A stretch of 64,000 nt of DNA from a virus (Duplodnaviria > Caudoviricetes), in the IMG/VR virus record IMGVR_UViG_3300015608_004971; one strand, given 5' to 3'. The position numbers and the translations under genes were made by a program. The notes beneath the pieces were generated by a model. The model saw only the letters and a list, made by a program, of their open reading frames with translations. It was not told where the DNA came from and did no database searches. This document shows, piece by piece, positions 48,772-58,352 of this stretch (positions are counted from its first letter, which is position 1; every line of letters starts with the position of its first letter).

Positions 48772-49935
48772 ATGGCACCAAGAAAAAAAGAAATAGTAGA
48801 AAAAGGAAAGATATCAATATCTCAAATTAGAGATATGATGAATAAAAAAGCTGGCCATGTCGTATCACATGATCTTTCAAAAGAAAATCCAACCGATGTA
48901 AAGGAATGGGTTTCAACTGGCTCTCATGTTTTGGATTGTATTATTAGTCAAGGAATGAAAAGCGGAATTCCCGCAGGAAAAATTGTTGAACTAGCGGGAC
49001 TTTCAGCATCAGGAAAGTCATATATGGCTGCTCAAATAGCAAGTAATGCACAGAAACAAGACTTTACAATCGTGTACTTCGATTCCGAATCTGCAATAGA
49101 TTCAGAGTTTCTCAAAAGATCTGGTTGTAATGTAGATGATATTGTTTATTGTCAAGCAGAAAATATTGAATTTGTTTTAGAGACAGTAGAAGATTTAATG
49201 AAAACATCTGATGATAAGTTTTTATTTATTTTAGATTCTTTTGCTTTCACACCATGCAAAGCTGATCTTGAAGGCGATTTTAATCCAAATTCATCAATGG
49301 CGATGAAGCCAAGAATTATGAGCAAGGGTCTCCAGAAGCTAATTCAGCCAATTGCAAATTCTGGCTCAATTTTTCTTGTAGTAAATCAATTGAGACAAAA
49401 TATTGTAACTGGACCAACAGCTCATATTGAAATGATGATGAATCCATGGATTGTTCCTGGCGGAAATACTCTTCCATATGCCTATTCTTTAAGAATTTGG
49501 CTTACAGGAAAGAAAAGCAAAGCATCATATGTATTGTCGCCAAATGGATTTAAAATTGGTTCTGAAACTAAGTGTGTACTGAAAAAATCGCGCTTTGGAA
49601 CAGAAGGCAGAGAATGCAACATTAAATTAATTTGGGGAACAGGAGAAGTTCATTGTAAAGATGAAGAATCTTGGCTTGATATTATTAAAGAAAGCGAATA
49701 TGTTGAAACTGGTGTTCGTTGGTCTATGAAAATGAAGGATGGTTCAATTTACAAATTTAGATCTGATGATTTTGAAAGTGAAATTGATAACAATCCAGCC
49801 TTTAAGCAGAGAGTTATAGAAATTGTTGAAGAAGAATTGATTACTAAATTTGCAAATCAAGAAGGCGACGCATCAAAATTCTATAATATAGAACATAATG
49901 AACTTCCCTTACAACAACCGGATGAAGGCGAATAA
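48772..49935 (+). CDS. recA: RecA/UvsX recombinase
   Basis: STGS..LD, GLSASGKS Walker A, FDSE, LDS, VNQLR, PGG. Confidence 0.92.
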   Translation: MAPRKKEIVEKGKISISQIRDMMNKKAGHVVSHDLSKENPTDVKEWVSTGSHVLDCIISQGMKSGIPAGKIVELAGLSASGKSYMAAQIASNAQKQDFTIVYFDSESAIDSEFLKRSGCNVDDIVYCQAENIEFVLETVEDLMKTSDDKFLFILDSFAFTPCKADLEGDFNPNSSMAMKPRIMSKGLQKLIQPIANSGSIFLVVNQLRQNIVTGPTAHIEMMMNPWIVPGGNTLPYAYSLRIWLTGKKSKASYVLSPNGFKIGSETKCVLKKSRFGTEGRECNIKLIWGTGEVHCKDEESWLDIIKESEYVETGVRWSMKMKDGSIYKFRSDDFESEIDNNPAFKQRVIEIVEEELITKFANQEGDASKFYNIEHNELPLQQPDEGE

Positions 49936-49952
49936 TAAAAAAAGGAAAATAA

Positions 49953-50930
49953 ATGATTTTAATAATTGATAGTCATAATCAATTTATTAGATCCGCTGTT
50001 GTGAATCCTACACTATCACCTTCTGGCCAACCAATTGGTGGTATTGTAGGATTTTTAAAATCACTTCAAAAACAAATTAGATTATTTGAGCCCGACAGAG
50101 TTATTCTTTGTTGGGATGGCTTTGGCGGCTCTACTAAGCGAAAAATTATAAATAAAAACTATAAAGAAGGTCGAGCGCCAATAAAAATAAATTGGCACAC
50201 AACATTATCGGAAGATCAAATTTATGCCAATAGAGCTTGGCAAATGGGCAAGCTAATGGAAATTTTAAATGAACTTCCATTTGTACAATTAATGCTCGAT
50301 GGAACAGAAGCAGACGATTTAATATCTTATATAAAAATAACATATTGGAACGAGGACAAGATAATAGTGTCATCAGACAAAGATTTCTATCAGATTGTTG
50401 ATGAAAAAACAAAAGTCTATCGCCCTATTACAGAGGAAATAGTAGATGTTCAATTTGTTCTTGACAAACATTTTATTCATCCTAATAATTTTGTAATAGC
50501 AAGATCTATTGCTGGTGATGATTCTGATAATCTTGATGGTGTTCGTGGCGCTGGCCTAAAAACGTTGTCAAAACGATTTCCAATTTTAAAAGAAGAAAAG
50601 ATTTTATTTTTGACAGATATTTTTGATGAATGCAAGAACAATAAAGATAAAAATAAAATAAAAATATTTAATGAAATTTTGTCATCAAAAGATACAATCG
50701 AACAAAACTATAAATTGATGCAATTATCAATTCCAAATATTTCTTATTCTGATAAAAGAACTGTAACAGAATCATTGATCGAGGAATCGTCATATGATTT
50801 TCTTGCATTTCAAAAGAAATTATTTGCACTTGGAATCGCAGAATTATCTTGGACAGATTTAAAGCAAGGAATGAAAAAAATATTATTGACCAATGAGTTA
50901 ATTGGCAAGGAAAATAAAAAGGAAGTATAA
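49953..50930 (+). CDS. 5'-3' exonuclease / flap endonuclease (T4 RNase H, PolI N-domain-like)
   Basis: IIDSHN, YKEGR, EADD, SSDKDFYQ, GDDSDNLDGV.G.G.KT. Confidence 0.92.
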   Translation: MILIIDSHNQFIRSAVVNPTLSPSGQPIGGIVGFLKSLQKQIRLFEPDRVILCWDGFGGSTKRKIINKNYKEGRAPIKINWHTTLSEDQIYANRAWQMGKLMEILNELPFVQLMLDGTEADDLISYIKITYWNEDKIIVSSDKDFYQIVDEKTKVYRPITEEIVDVQFVLDKHFIHPNNFVIARSIAGDDSDNLDGVRGAGLKTLSKRFPILKEEKILFLTDIFDECKNNKDKNKIKIFNEILSSKDTIEQNYKLMQLSIPNISYSDKRTVTESLIEESSYDFLAFQKKLFALGIAELSWTDLKQGMKKILLTNELIGKENKKEV

Positions 50931-52756
50931 TGGAAAAAACATTTCAAAAATATGGAAACAGTTTTCAAGACAAACTTGTTACATTAATGCTTCGAGAGGC
51001 AGCATTTTGTGATCAAATGAGAGAAGTATTAGACTTAAGTCTCTTAACAAAAGTATCACATAAATTATTATTACAATTAATGTATGAATATAAGGATGTA
51101 TATAGAATCTATCCTGCATATGATACAATGGTAACATTAATTTCAACACAACTTGATACACAAGATGATAACATCAAAAGAGAGGTTGCAACCTTTTATT
51201 CAAAAGTAATAAAGCATGAAACTATTCATGACGAAGAATACGTAAAATCAGAATCTTTACAATTTTGCAAAACTTTAAAACTTGAAGAAGCAATTATTGA
51301 AGCAGCAAAGATGGTAAAATCTGGCTCAAGATTTGAGGATCTGATAAAAGTATTGTCAGAAGCCGGAAGACTTGGTTCTGACAATAATTACGGCTATAAC
51401 TATAAAGATGATTTTGAAGATCGATTTAAATATATTCAAAGAAACTATATTTCAACTGGATGGTCAAGACTTGATAATATCACAAGAGGTGGACTCGGAA
51501 AGAAAGAGCTATCTGTTATTGTAGCAAGTTCAGGATGTCATGCAAAAGATACAGACATTTTAATGTTTGATGGTACATGGAAAAAAGTCCAAGATGTCGT
51601 TATTGGTGACAAATTAATGGGCCCTAATTCAAAGGAGAGAAATGTTTTGTGCCTTCATAGAGGCAGAGAACAAATGGCAAAAATTATTCCGAATAGCAAT
51701 AATGATAAGCCATTTATTGTTAATATGAGTCATATTTTGTCTGTCTTAGACTATAAAACACTTAAAAAAGAAAATATCTCTGTGAGAGATTATCTATCTC
51801 AAGAAGAAAAAAAGTTATTATATAAATTTATCAATAAAAAAGATTACGGAAACCTTCCTTTTAAGCAATATTTTTATGATTTCGCTGTTAAGCTCTTAGA
51901 TGAGGATGATTATTTTGGCTTTGAAGTTGATGGTGACAATCTTTATGTAATGGAAGACTATTGGGTTACACATAATAGTGGCAAATCAATGGTTCTTGTT
52001 CATTTAGGTGCAGCAGCCCTTCGTGAGGGAAAAAATGTAGTCTATTATACATTAGAGCTCGCAGAAACAAGCATTGCGAGTCGTTTCGATGCCTGCTTGA
52101 CAGGAATTAAAATGGATGATATGCTAGAAAACAAGGACAAGATCTATGACAATATTAAAAATGTCAAAGGATCTTTAATTATTAAAGAATATCCAACAAA
52201 AACTGCCTCAATTATGACACTGAGAAATCATCTAGAAAGATTAAAAGCATCAGGCTTTAAAACAGATTTAGTTCTCGTCGACTATGCCGATCTTCTTTCA
52301 ACAAAATCATCAACAGGACAAAAATGGAGCGATCTTGAAGGTCTTTATGAAGATTTGAGAGCAACAGCACAACTTTTTGATGTGTCAATTGTAACAGCAT
52401 CACAAACAAATAGATCTGCCTTGAATCAAGAAGTAGTAACACTTGAATCAATTTCAGATGCATTTAGTAAATGCTTTGTTGCGGATCTAATTATTACACT
52501 TTCAAGAACACCAGATGATAAGATGAAAAATTCAGGACGATTTTTTATAGCAAAGAATAGAAATGGAACAGATGGTGTTGTATTTCCAATCGAAATGGAT
52601 ACTTCTAATGTTCAAATAGAAATCTTAGAAAGTGAGCTTGAATCGGTTGAAGATATAAGAAAGGCATCCGAAAAGAAAGCAGTTGTATCATTGAAGCAAA
52701 AATATAATCAAGTTAAAAATGATCTTGCAAAAGATGATTCAAACCAATCAGAATAA
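50930..52756 (+). CDS. dnaB: Replicative DnaB/gp41-like helicase containing an intein
   Basis: Walker A ASSG|SGKS interrupted by the intein; TLE, VDYADL, TASQTNR, AKNRNG. Confidence 0.92.
   Translation: MEKTFQKYGNSFQDKLVTLMLREAAFCDQMREVLDLSLLTKVSHKLLLQLMYEYKDVYRIYPAYDTMVTLISTQLDTQDDNIKREVATFYSKVIKHETIHDEEYVKSESLQFCKTLKLEEAIIEAAKMVKSGSRFEDLIKVLSEAGRLGSDNNYGYNYKDDFEDRFKYIQRNYISTGWSRLDNITRGGLGKKELSVIVASSGCHAKDTDILMFDGTWKKVQDVVIGDKLMGPNSKERNVLCLHRGREQMAKIIPNSNNDKPFIVNMSHILSVLDYKTLKKENISVRDYLSQEEKKLLYKFINKKDYGNLPFKQYFYDFAVKLLDEDDYFGFEVDGDNLYVMEDYWVTHNSGKSMVLVHLGAAALREGKNVVYYTLELAETSIASRFDACLTGIKMDDMLENKDKIYDNIKNVKGSLIIKEYPTKTASIMTLRNHLERLKASGFKTDLVLVDYADLLSTKSSTGQKWSDLEGLYEDLRATAQLFDVSIVTASQTNRSALNQEVVTLESISDAFSKCFVADLIITLSRTPDDKMKNSGRFFIAKNRNGTDGVVFPIEMDTSNVQIEILESELESVEDIRKASEKKAVVSLKQKYNQVKNDLAKDDSNQSE
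51536..51976 (+). mobile_element. Mini-intein (147 aa) in the helicase P-loop
   Basis: Starts CHAKDTDILMFDG, ends WVTHN, +1 Ser; no endonuclease domain. Confidence 0.9.
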
Positions 52757-52779
52757 TTTAAATAAAGAGGAAAAATAAA

Positions 52780-55032
52780 ATGGATATTTCAAGAAAAATT
52801 TTATCTGATATTACACATCATATGAAGTATGCAAAATTTAGACCGAGCGACTTCAGGAGAGAAACATTTGAGGAAACTGTTGATCGAAATGTGGCGATGC
52901 ATTTGAAGAAATATCCTCATCTTGAGCAAGAGATTAGAGACGCATATAAATTTGTTTATGAAAGAAAAGTTCTTCCCTCTATGAGATCAATGCAATTTGC
53001 AGGAAAAGCAATAGAAGTGTGTCCATCAAGACAGTACAATTGTAGTTATCTTGCTGTAGATAATGTTCATTCATTTAGTGAAATTATGTTCCTATTATTG
53101 GGAGGAACAGGTGTGGGTTTCTCAGTACAAAGTCATCATATTGAAAATTTACCAGAAATCCGCAAACCAAATACAAAAAGAACAAGAAGATATCTAATTG
53201 GTGATTCAATTGAGGGATGGGCAGATTCTATCAAAGCTTTAATGAAAAGTTATTTTGACGGAAGTTCAAAGATAATTTTTGATTTTACTGATATTAGACC
53301 AAAGGGGGCACTTCTTATAACTGCTGGCGGTAAAGCGCCTGGTCCGCAACCACTTAAAGAATGTTTAATGAAAATTGAGGGACTTCTTGATACAAAAGAA
53401 AATGGAGATAAACTAACTTCAATCGAAGTTCATGATATAGTTTGCTATATAGCCGATGCTGTACTGGCAGGTGGAATTAGAAGAAGTGCGTTGATTTCTT
53501 TGTTCGATGCAGACGATCAAGAAATGATTTCTGCAAAAACAGGAAATTGGTGGGAAACGAATCCGCAAAGAGGCAGAGCAAATAACTCTGCTGTCGTTTT
53601 AAGACACAAAGTTACAAAAGATTTTTTTATGCAACTTTGGGAAAGAGTAAAGCAGTCTGGTTCTGGTGAGCCTGGTATTTTTTTGACAAACGATAGAGAC
53701 GTTGGAACTAACCCTTGTAAGCCGCTAAGATCAACAATCTTAACAAAAGAAGGTTATATCACTTTTGCTCAAGCACTAGAAAAAGATCATCTTGAGGTTA
53801 TGGGAATTGATGGCAAATGGAAAAAAGCCTCAAAACCATTCAAAACAGGAACTGACAGGACAATAACACGCTTTACTCTTTCAAATGGTCATTTTCTCTA
53901 TGGAACACCAAATCATAGACATTTAGACAATAATGGAATATGGCGAGAAATGAAAGATATGAATGTTTATGATCTTTTAAGATCACAGGATAGAAAAAAT
54001 CCATTAGAAATTGTAGAAATAGTTGAAGATTTTTCAATAGAAGATGTTTATGATATTACTGTTTATGATGAAAGTCACGCATTTTATGATACTGGCGTTG
54101 TAACACATAACTGTGCTGAAATTTCTTTAAAAAATTGTGGTTTTTGTAATTTAACTGAAGTTAATGTAAGCGATCTTGAATCCCAAGAAGATTACGAGAA
54201 TAGAGTTCGTTCTGCCGCATTCATAGGAACACTTCAGGCGTCTTATACAGATTTTCATTATCTTCGTGATATTTGGAAAAGAAATGCAGAAAAGGAAGCA
54301 CTTCTTGGCGTATCTATGACTGGAATTGCATCAAACTTGATCTTCAATATGGATATCGAAAAAGCAGCAAAAGTAGCAGTACAAGAGAATAAAAGAGTAG
54401 CAAAACTGCTAGGAATAAACCCAGCAAGAAGAGTTACCACAACAAAGCCATCAGGTACATCATCATTAATATTGGGAACATCAAGCGGAATTCATGCATG
54501 GCATAGTGAATATTATATTAGACGTATTCGTGTTGGAAAAAATGAGGCAATATATCCATATCTCAAAACAAATCACCCAGAATTAGTTGAAGATGAATAT
54601 TTTAGACCACATGATACAGCAGTAATTTCTGTACCACAAAAAGCGCCAGATGGATCACTATTGCGTTCTGAATCACCAATTAATTTTCTTGAGAGAGTTA
54701 AAGCTGTCCATGATAAATGGATTAAACCAGGTCACATTAAAGGTGAAAATACACACAATGTTTCTGCAACAATTTCAATAAAAGATAATGAATGGGATGA
54801 TGTTGGCGAATGGATGTGGCAAAATAGAGATAGCTATACAGGATTGAGCGTGCTTCCTTTTTCAGAGCATTCATATGTGCAAGCGCCTTTTGAAGAGTGC
54901 TCAAAAGAGGAATATGAACGACTGTTAAGCTCACTACAAAATGTAGATTTATCTCAAATTTTTGAGACAGAAGATGACACAGATTTACAAGGCGAACTAG
55001 CATGTGTTTCTGGCAATTGTGAAATTAAATAA
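52780..55032 (+). CDS. nrdJ: Class II (B12-dependent) ribonucleotide reductase containing an intein
   Basis: YNC, GTGVGFS, GGIRRSALI, TNP|CAEI, CNLTE, KPSGT, C-terminal CVSGNC; no beta-subunit gene nearby. Confidence 0.9.
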   Translation: MDISRKILSDITHHMKYAKFRPSDFRRETFEETVDRNVAMHLKKYPHLEQEIRDAYKFVYERKVLPSMRSMQFAGKAIEVCPSRQYNCSYLAVDNVHSFSEIMFLLLGGTGVGFSVQSHHIENLPEIRKPNTKRTRRYLIGDSIEGWADSIKALMKSYFDGSSKIIFDFTDIRPKGALLITAGGKAPGPQPLKECLMKIEGLLDTKENGDKLTSIEVHDIVCYIADAVLAGGIRRSALISLFDADDQEMISAKTGNWWETNPQRGRANNSAVVLRHKVTKDFFMQLWERVKQSGSGEPGIFLTNDRDVGTNPCKPLRSTILTKEGYITFAQALEKDHLEVMGIDGKWKKASKPFKTGTDRTITRFTLSNGHFLYGTPNHRHLDNNGIWREMKDMNVYDLLRSQDRKNPLEIVEIVEDFSIEDVYDITVYDESHAFYDTGVVTHNCAEISLKNCGFCNLTEVNVSDLESQEDYENRVRSAAFIGTLQASYTDFHYLRDIWKRNAEKEALLGVSMTGIASNLIFNMDIEKAAKVAVQENKRVAKLLGINPARRVTTTKPSGTSSLILGTSSGIHAWHSEYYIRRIRVGKNEAIYPYLKTNHPELVEDEYFRPHDTAVISVPQKAPDGSLLRSESPINFLERVKAVHDKWIKPGHIKGENTHNVSATISIKDNEWDDVGEWMWQNRDSYTGLSVLPFSEHSYVQAPFEECSKEEYERLLSSLQNVDLSQIFETEDDTDLQGELACVSGNCEIK
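53716..54111 (+). mobile_element. Mini-intein (132 aa) at the RNR active-site NP|CxE motif
   Basis: Starts CKPLRS, block B TPNH, VYDITV, ends VTHN, +1 Cys. Confidence 0.9.
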
Positions 55033-55043
55033 AAGGATGTTCT

Positions 55044-55316
55044 ATGGAATTAAAAACTATAAATGGCTATCTTCTTGTCGAAGAAAGCAATAATGATGAT
55101 GATGAAAAAGTCTTAAAAGATCCAATTTTTCAATTAAAAAAGAAAGGTATGTCTGGAAAAGAATTTGTAACAGTTATAGTTACATCTGAAACAGATAATG
55201 ATAAAGGAATTTATAAAAACGATAAACTTCTTGTAGAGTCTCATTTATTGAGAAAATTTGATGAAAAAACATATGTTGTTCCAATGAATGCTGTTATAGC
55301 AATTTTTAATAGGTAA
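55044..55316 (+). CDS. GroES-like co-chaperonin
   Basis: 90 aa; LKTINGYLLVE N-terminus, ND.LL, C-terminal VIAI, as in Cpn10. Confidence 0.55.
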   Translation: MELKTINGYLLVEESNNDDDEKVLKDPIFQLKKKGMSGKEFVTVIVTSETDNDKGIYKNDKLLVESHLLRKFDEKTYVVPMNAVIAIFNR

Positions 55317-55319
55317 AAA

Positions 55320-55856
55320 ATGAATATTTTTGCTTTAGAATATATAAACGATAACGATATTGACAAAGAGATTGATTGGATAAAATCTGCTCAATCTCTT
55401 GATAATATGAGAGTTGTAAAAATGATTTTGGAGTCATGTCAACTTCTTTCAACGGCACTTTTTATAAACAATATAAATGGTGCAATTTATAAGCCAACTC
55501 ATATTAATCATCCATCGACAAAATGGACAGCAGAATCATCTGCAAATTTTTTAAATTTGGTAAAACATACAAAGGCGATGCTGGATGAATATTATTTAAG
55601 GTTTAATAAAAATCATAAATGTAATAAAATTTTAGAAGAAAACATATTACCACTATTTGAAAAAAATATTGATAAATTTCCACAAGCATTAGAAACACCA
55701 TTAAAAATGGCTATGCCGTTGGAATATCAAGTTCCTAATGATCCTGTTCTTTCTTATAGAAACTATTACATAACAAAAGAAAAAATGAGATACCCAAAAG
55801 GAAAAGAACCTATTTGGTTTCTTAAGAATAGAAAAATACCTTATAAGGCAATTTAA
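55320..55856 (+). CDS. Pyrimidine-dimer DNA glycosylase family (DenV-like)
   Basis: MNIF, VVKMILESCQLLST, YKPTHINHPSTKW, AMP, YRNYY. Confidence 0.8.
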   Translation: MNIFALEYINDNDIDKEIDWIKSAQSLDNMRVVKMILESCQLLSTALFINNINGAIYKPTHINHPSTKWTAESSANFLNLVKHTKAMLDEYYLRFNKNHKCNKILEENILPLFEKNIDKFPQALETPLKMAMPLEYQVPNDPVLSYRNYYITKEKMRYPKGKEPIWFLKNRKIPYKAI

Positions 55857-55857
55857 C

Positions 55858-56574
55858 ATGAAATATATGGGTAGCAAAAATAAGATAGCAAAGCAATTAG
55901 CCTCTATAATTGAAAAAGATAAAAATAATGATGAACAATTTTATATTGAGCCATTTGTTGGTGGTGCAAATTTAATTGATAAAATTAATTTTAAAAATAA
56001 AATAGGATATGATATTCATGAATATTTAATTGCTTTGCTATCTGCTATCCGTGATGATTGGGAGCCACCAAAAAATATATCTAAACAAGAATATTATGAT
56101 ATAAAAGAAAATATAAATAATTATGATAAGCATCTTGTTGGATTTGTTGGTTTTCTTTGTAGCTTTGGTGGTAAATGGTGGGGCGGTTATGCTTTTGATA
56201 AAAAAAACAATAGAAATTATGCACTTGAAGCAAAAACAAATTTAAAAAAACAAGCACCAAATTTAAAAAATATTTTATTTGAATGCTCTGATTATGCATC
56301 AATTAAAGTTCCACCAAATTCAATAATCTATTGTGATCCTCCATATAAAGATACAACAGAATATAGAAATAAATTTGATCATGAAAAATTTTATGATTGG
56401 TGTAGAGAAAAACGGAATGAAGGCCATACTATATTTTTAAGTGAGTATCGGGCGCCTAGTGATTTTAAAGAAGTTTTAGAAATTAAAGCAAAGACATCTT
56501 TATGTAAAAATGTAAGACCAAATAGAATAGAGAAGCTATTTAAGTTATCAATAGAGGATAATGATTTAAAATGA
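55858..56574 (+). CDS. DNA adenine methyltransferase (D12/Dam class)
   Basis: KYMGSK, EPFVGG, IYCDPPY. Confidence 0.9.
   Translation: MKYMGSKNKIAKQLASIIEKDKNNDEQFYIEPFVGGANLIDKINFKNKIGYDIHEYLIALLSAIRDDWEPPKNISKQEYYDIKENINNYDKHLVGFVGFLCSFGGKWWGGYAFDKKNNRNYALEAKTNLKKQAPNLKNILFECSDYASIKVPPNSIIYCDPPYKDTTEYRNKFDHEKFYDWCREKRNEGHTIFLSEYRAPSDFKEVLEIKAKTSLCKNVRPNRIEKLFKLSIEDNDLK
56536..56542 (+). promoter_or_regulatory. Candidate late promoter motif CTATTTA
   Basis: 35 nt before ATG 56571, matching the spacing seen before structural genes. Confidence 0.4.
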
Positions 56575-56954
56575 AAGATAAACTTAAAGGCGGCATAGCA
56601 GATAATATACCTGATACAAAATTCAATAAAATAGAACTTAAAAAAGGCCAAGAGCACGAAAAAGAACATACAACTGATAAGTCTATTGCAAAAGAAATTG
56701 CAAAAGATCATATAACAGAAGATCCACAATATTATGAAAAAATTGATCAAATTGAAGGTTCTAGTGAGTCCAAGAAAAAAGATGCCCTTGACAGAGCCAA
56801 CAAAGTAGGCTACAATCAGCAAGGCCAGCAACACGCAGGCACAGTCGAGCACAAGCCAATCAAGATCAAGCTTATAAAGAAAATAGATGAATCATCTTTT
56901 ATGGCTTCTGGTGCTGTGTCATTCGCTCCAACTTTTAATGAAAAAGAGGATTAA
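56571..56954 (+). CDS. DUF5661-like protein
   Basis: ELKKGQEHEKEHT...AKEIAKDHITEDPQYY. Confidence 0.7.
   Translation: MKDKLKGGIADNIPDTKFNKIELKKGQEHEKEHTTDKSIAKEIAKDHITEDPQYYEKIDQIEGSSESKKKDALDRANKVGYNQQGQQHAGTVEHKPIKIKLIKKIDESSFMASGAVSFAPTFNEKED
56788..56816 (+). promoter_or_regulatory. Sigma70-type promoter upstream of thyX
   Basis: TTGACA-N17-TACAAT inside the DUF5661-like gene. Confidence 0.6.
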
Positions 56955-57655
56955 TGAAAGTAAATTTAATTGCTTACACACAACCTGCCGGAATTTTGAC
57001 CGAATCAGAAATAAAAACACCGACAGATTTAATAGCATATTGTGCACGAGTTTCGAATCCATCAAATCAAATGAACTCTGCTACATCTGAAAAATTAATT
57101 AAATATCTTATAAAAAATAAACATTGGTCACCATTAGAGCAAGTAGATATAACGTTAGAGATCGAAACAACTCGCGATATCGCTCGACAAATGATTCGAC
57201 ATGGTTCAATAAGACCACAAGAATTTAGTCAAAGATATCAAAATGTATCGGCATTGGATCAAGAAATGTTTGAATGGTCAGAATGTCGCATGCAAGATAC
57301 AAAAAATAGACAGAATAGTCTTCCAGCCGCGGATAAAGATATCCAAAAATGGTGGGATTTTGAACAAAAAAATGTTGCAAGATATGCTGAAAAAATTTAT
57401 AAAGAGGCCCTTAAAAAAGGTATTGCTAAAGAAGTGGCCAGAAAGCTCCTTCCAGAAGGATTAACTAAATCCAAACTTTATATGAAAGGTTCGATCAGAT
57501 CCTGGATTCATTACCTTCAGGTCAGAGGCGAAGGAACTGGCACACAAAAAGAACATATGATTGTGGCAGATGAAATTGCTAAAGTTATTTCAAAAATCTT
57601 TCCAATGATTAATGAATTAAAGAAGGATGATAATGAAGAAAGAGGCCATAAATAA
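56954..57655 (+). CDS. thyX: FAD-dependent thymidylate synthase
   Basis: ARVS, HWSPLE, RH...QEFSQRY, EVARKLLP, TQKEH. Confidence 0.95.
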   Translation: MKVNLIAYTQPAGILTESEIKTPTDLIAYCARVSNPSNQMNSATSEKLIKYLIKNKHWSPLEQVDITLEIETTRDIARQMIRHGSIRPQEFSQRYQNVSALDQEMFEWSECRMQDTKNRQNSLPAADKDIQKWWDFEQKNVARYAEKIYKEALKKGIAKEVARKLLPEGLTKSKLYMKGSIRSWIHYLQVRGEGTGTQKEHMIVADEIAKVISKIFPMINELKKDDNEERGHK

Positions 57656-58352
57656 TGACAATATATCCATTTTAAAGACGAGCCAATATCCAGCAATTCT
57701 ACAAGATTCAATAGTAATAGGAAATTCAAATCAAGCTTTAGAATTTGCTTATAAAACTTGTTCATTTTTAATTTGCACAACACCAAATCATTTTACAAAT
57801 ACAGAAATATTATATAAACAATTTTTAAGAGGATTAGTTTTTCAATATTCTTTAGAAATTTTAAATGCAAATATTGTTGAGGATACAATCTTTTTAAGAA
57901 CGCAATCTTTTGATTTAGCTTATTCATTTAATAAATTATATATTCTTGAAAAAATTAATTTGTTTGATTCGATTAATTTCTTTTATGAAAAAGAAAATAA
58001 TATTATTTTTGATGTTTTAGATCATTTTAAAGCGAATCAATTTTTAAAATCTAACTTAGATGAAAAACATTTCATTAGTAATGACGAAGGAATTCAAAGC
58101 ATTGAAATATCTAAAAGAGATATTTTTGTGAAATCAAAGATTTCTTTTTCAAAAATTAATGATTATGATATGTCATATAGACAAGTTCATCTTTTGACAT
58201 CTTCTTTTTTAAGGAACAAACAATATAATTTATATAGACATAATGATGTTATAAAAAAATTAGAAAAAAGAATAATAGAGTGGGAAGACAAAAAACATTC
58301 TTATGCAATTAATAATAACAAAATAATTTTTATAAATCTAAAAAATGGATAA
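57627..58352 (+). CDS. Hypothetical protein
   Basis: Coupled ORF; IVIGNS..AL resembles a degenerate Rossmann start. Confidence 0.55.
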   Translation: MIMKKEAINNDNISILKTSQYPAILQDSIVIGNSNQALEFAYKTCSFLICTTPNHFTNTEILYKQFLRGLVFQYSLEILNANIVEDTIFLRTQSFDLAYSFNKLYILEKINLFDSINFFYEKENNIIFDVLDHFKANQFLKSNLDEKHFISNDEGIQSIEISKRDIFVKSKISFSKINDYDMSYRQVHLLTSSFLRNKQYNLYRHNDVIKKLEKRIIEWEDKKHSYAINNNKIIFINLKNG

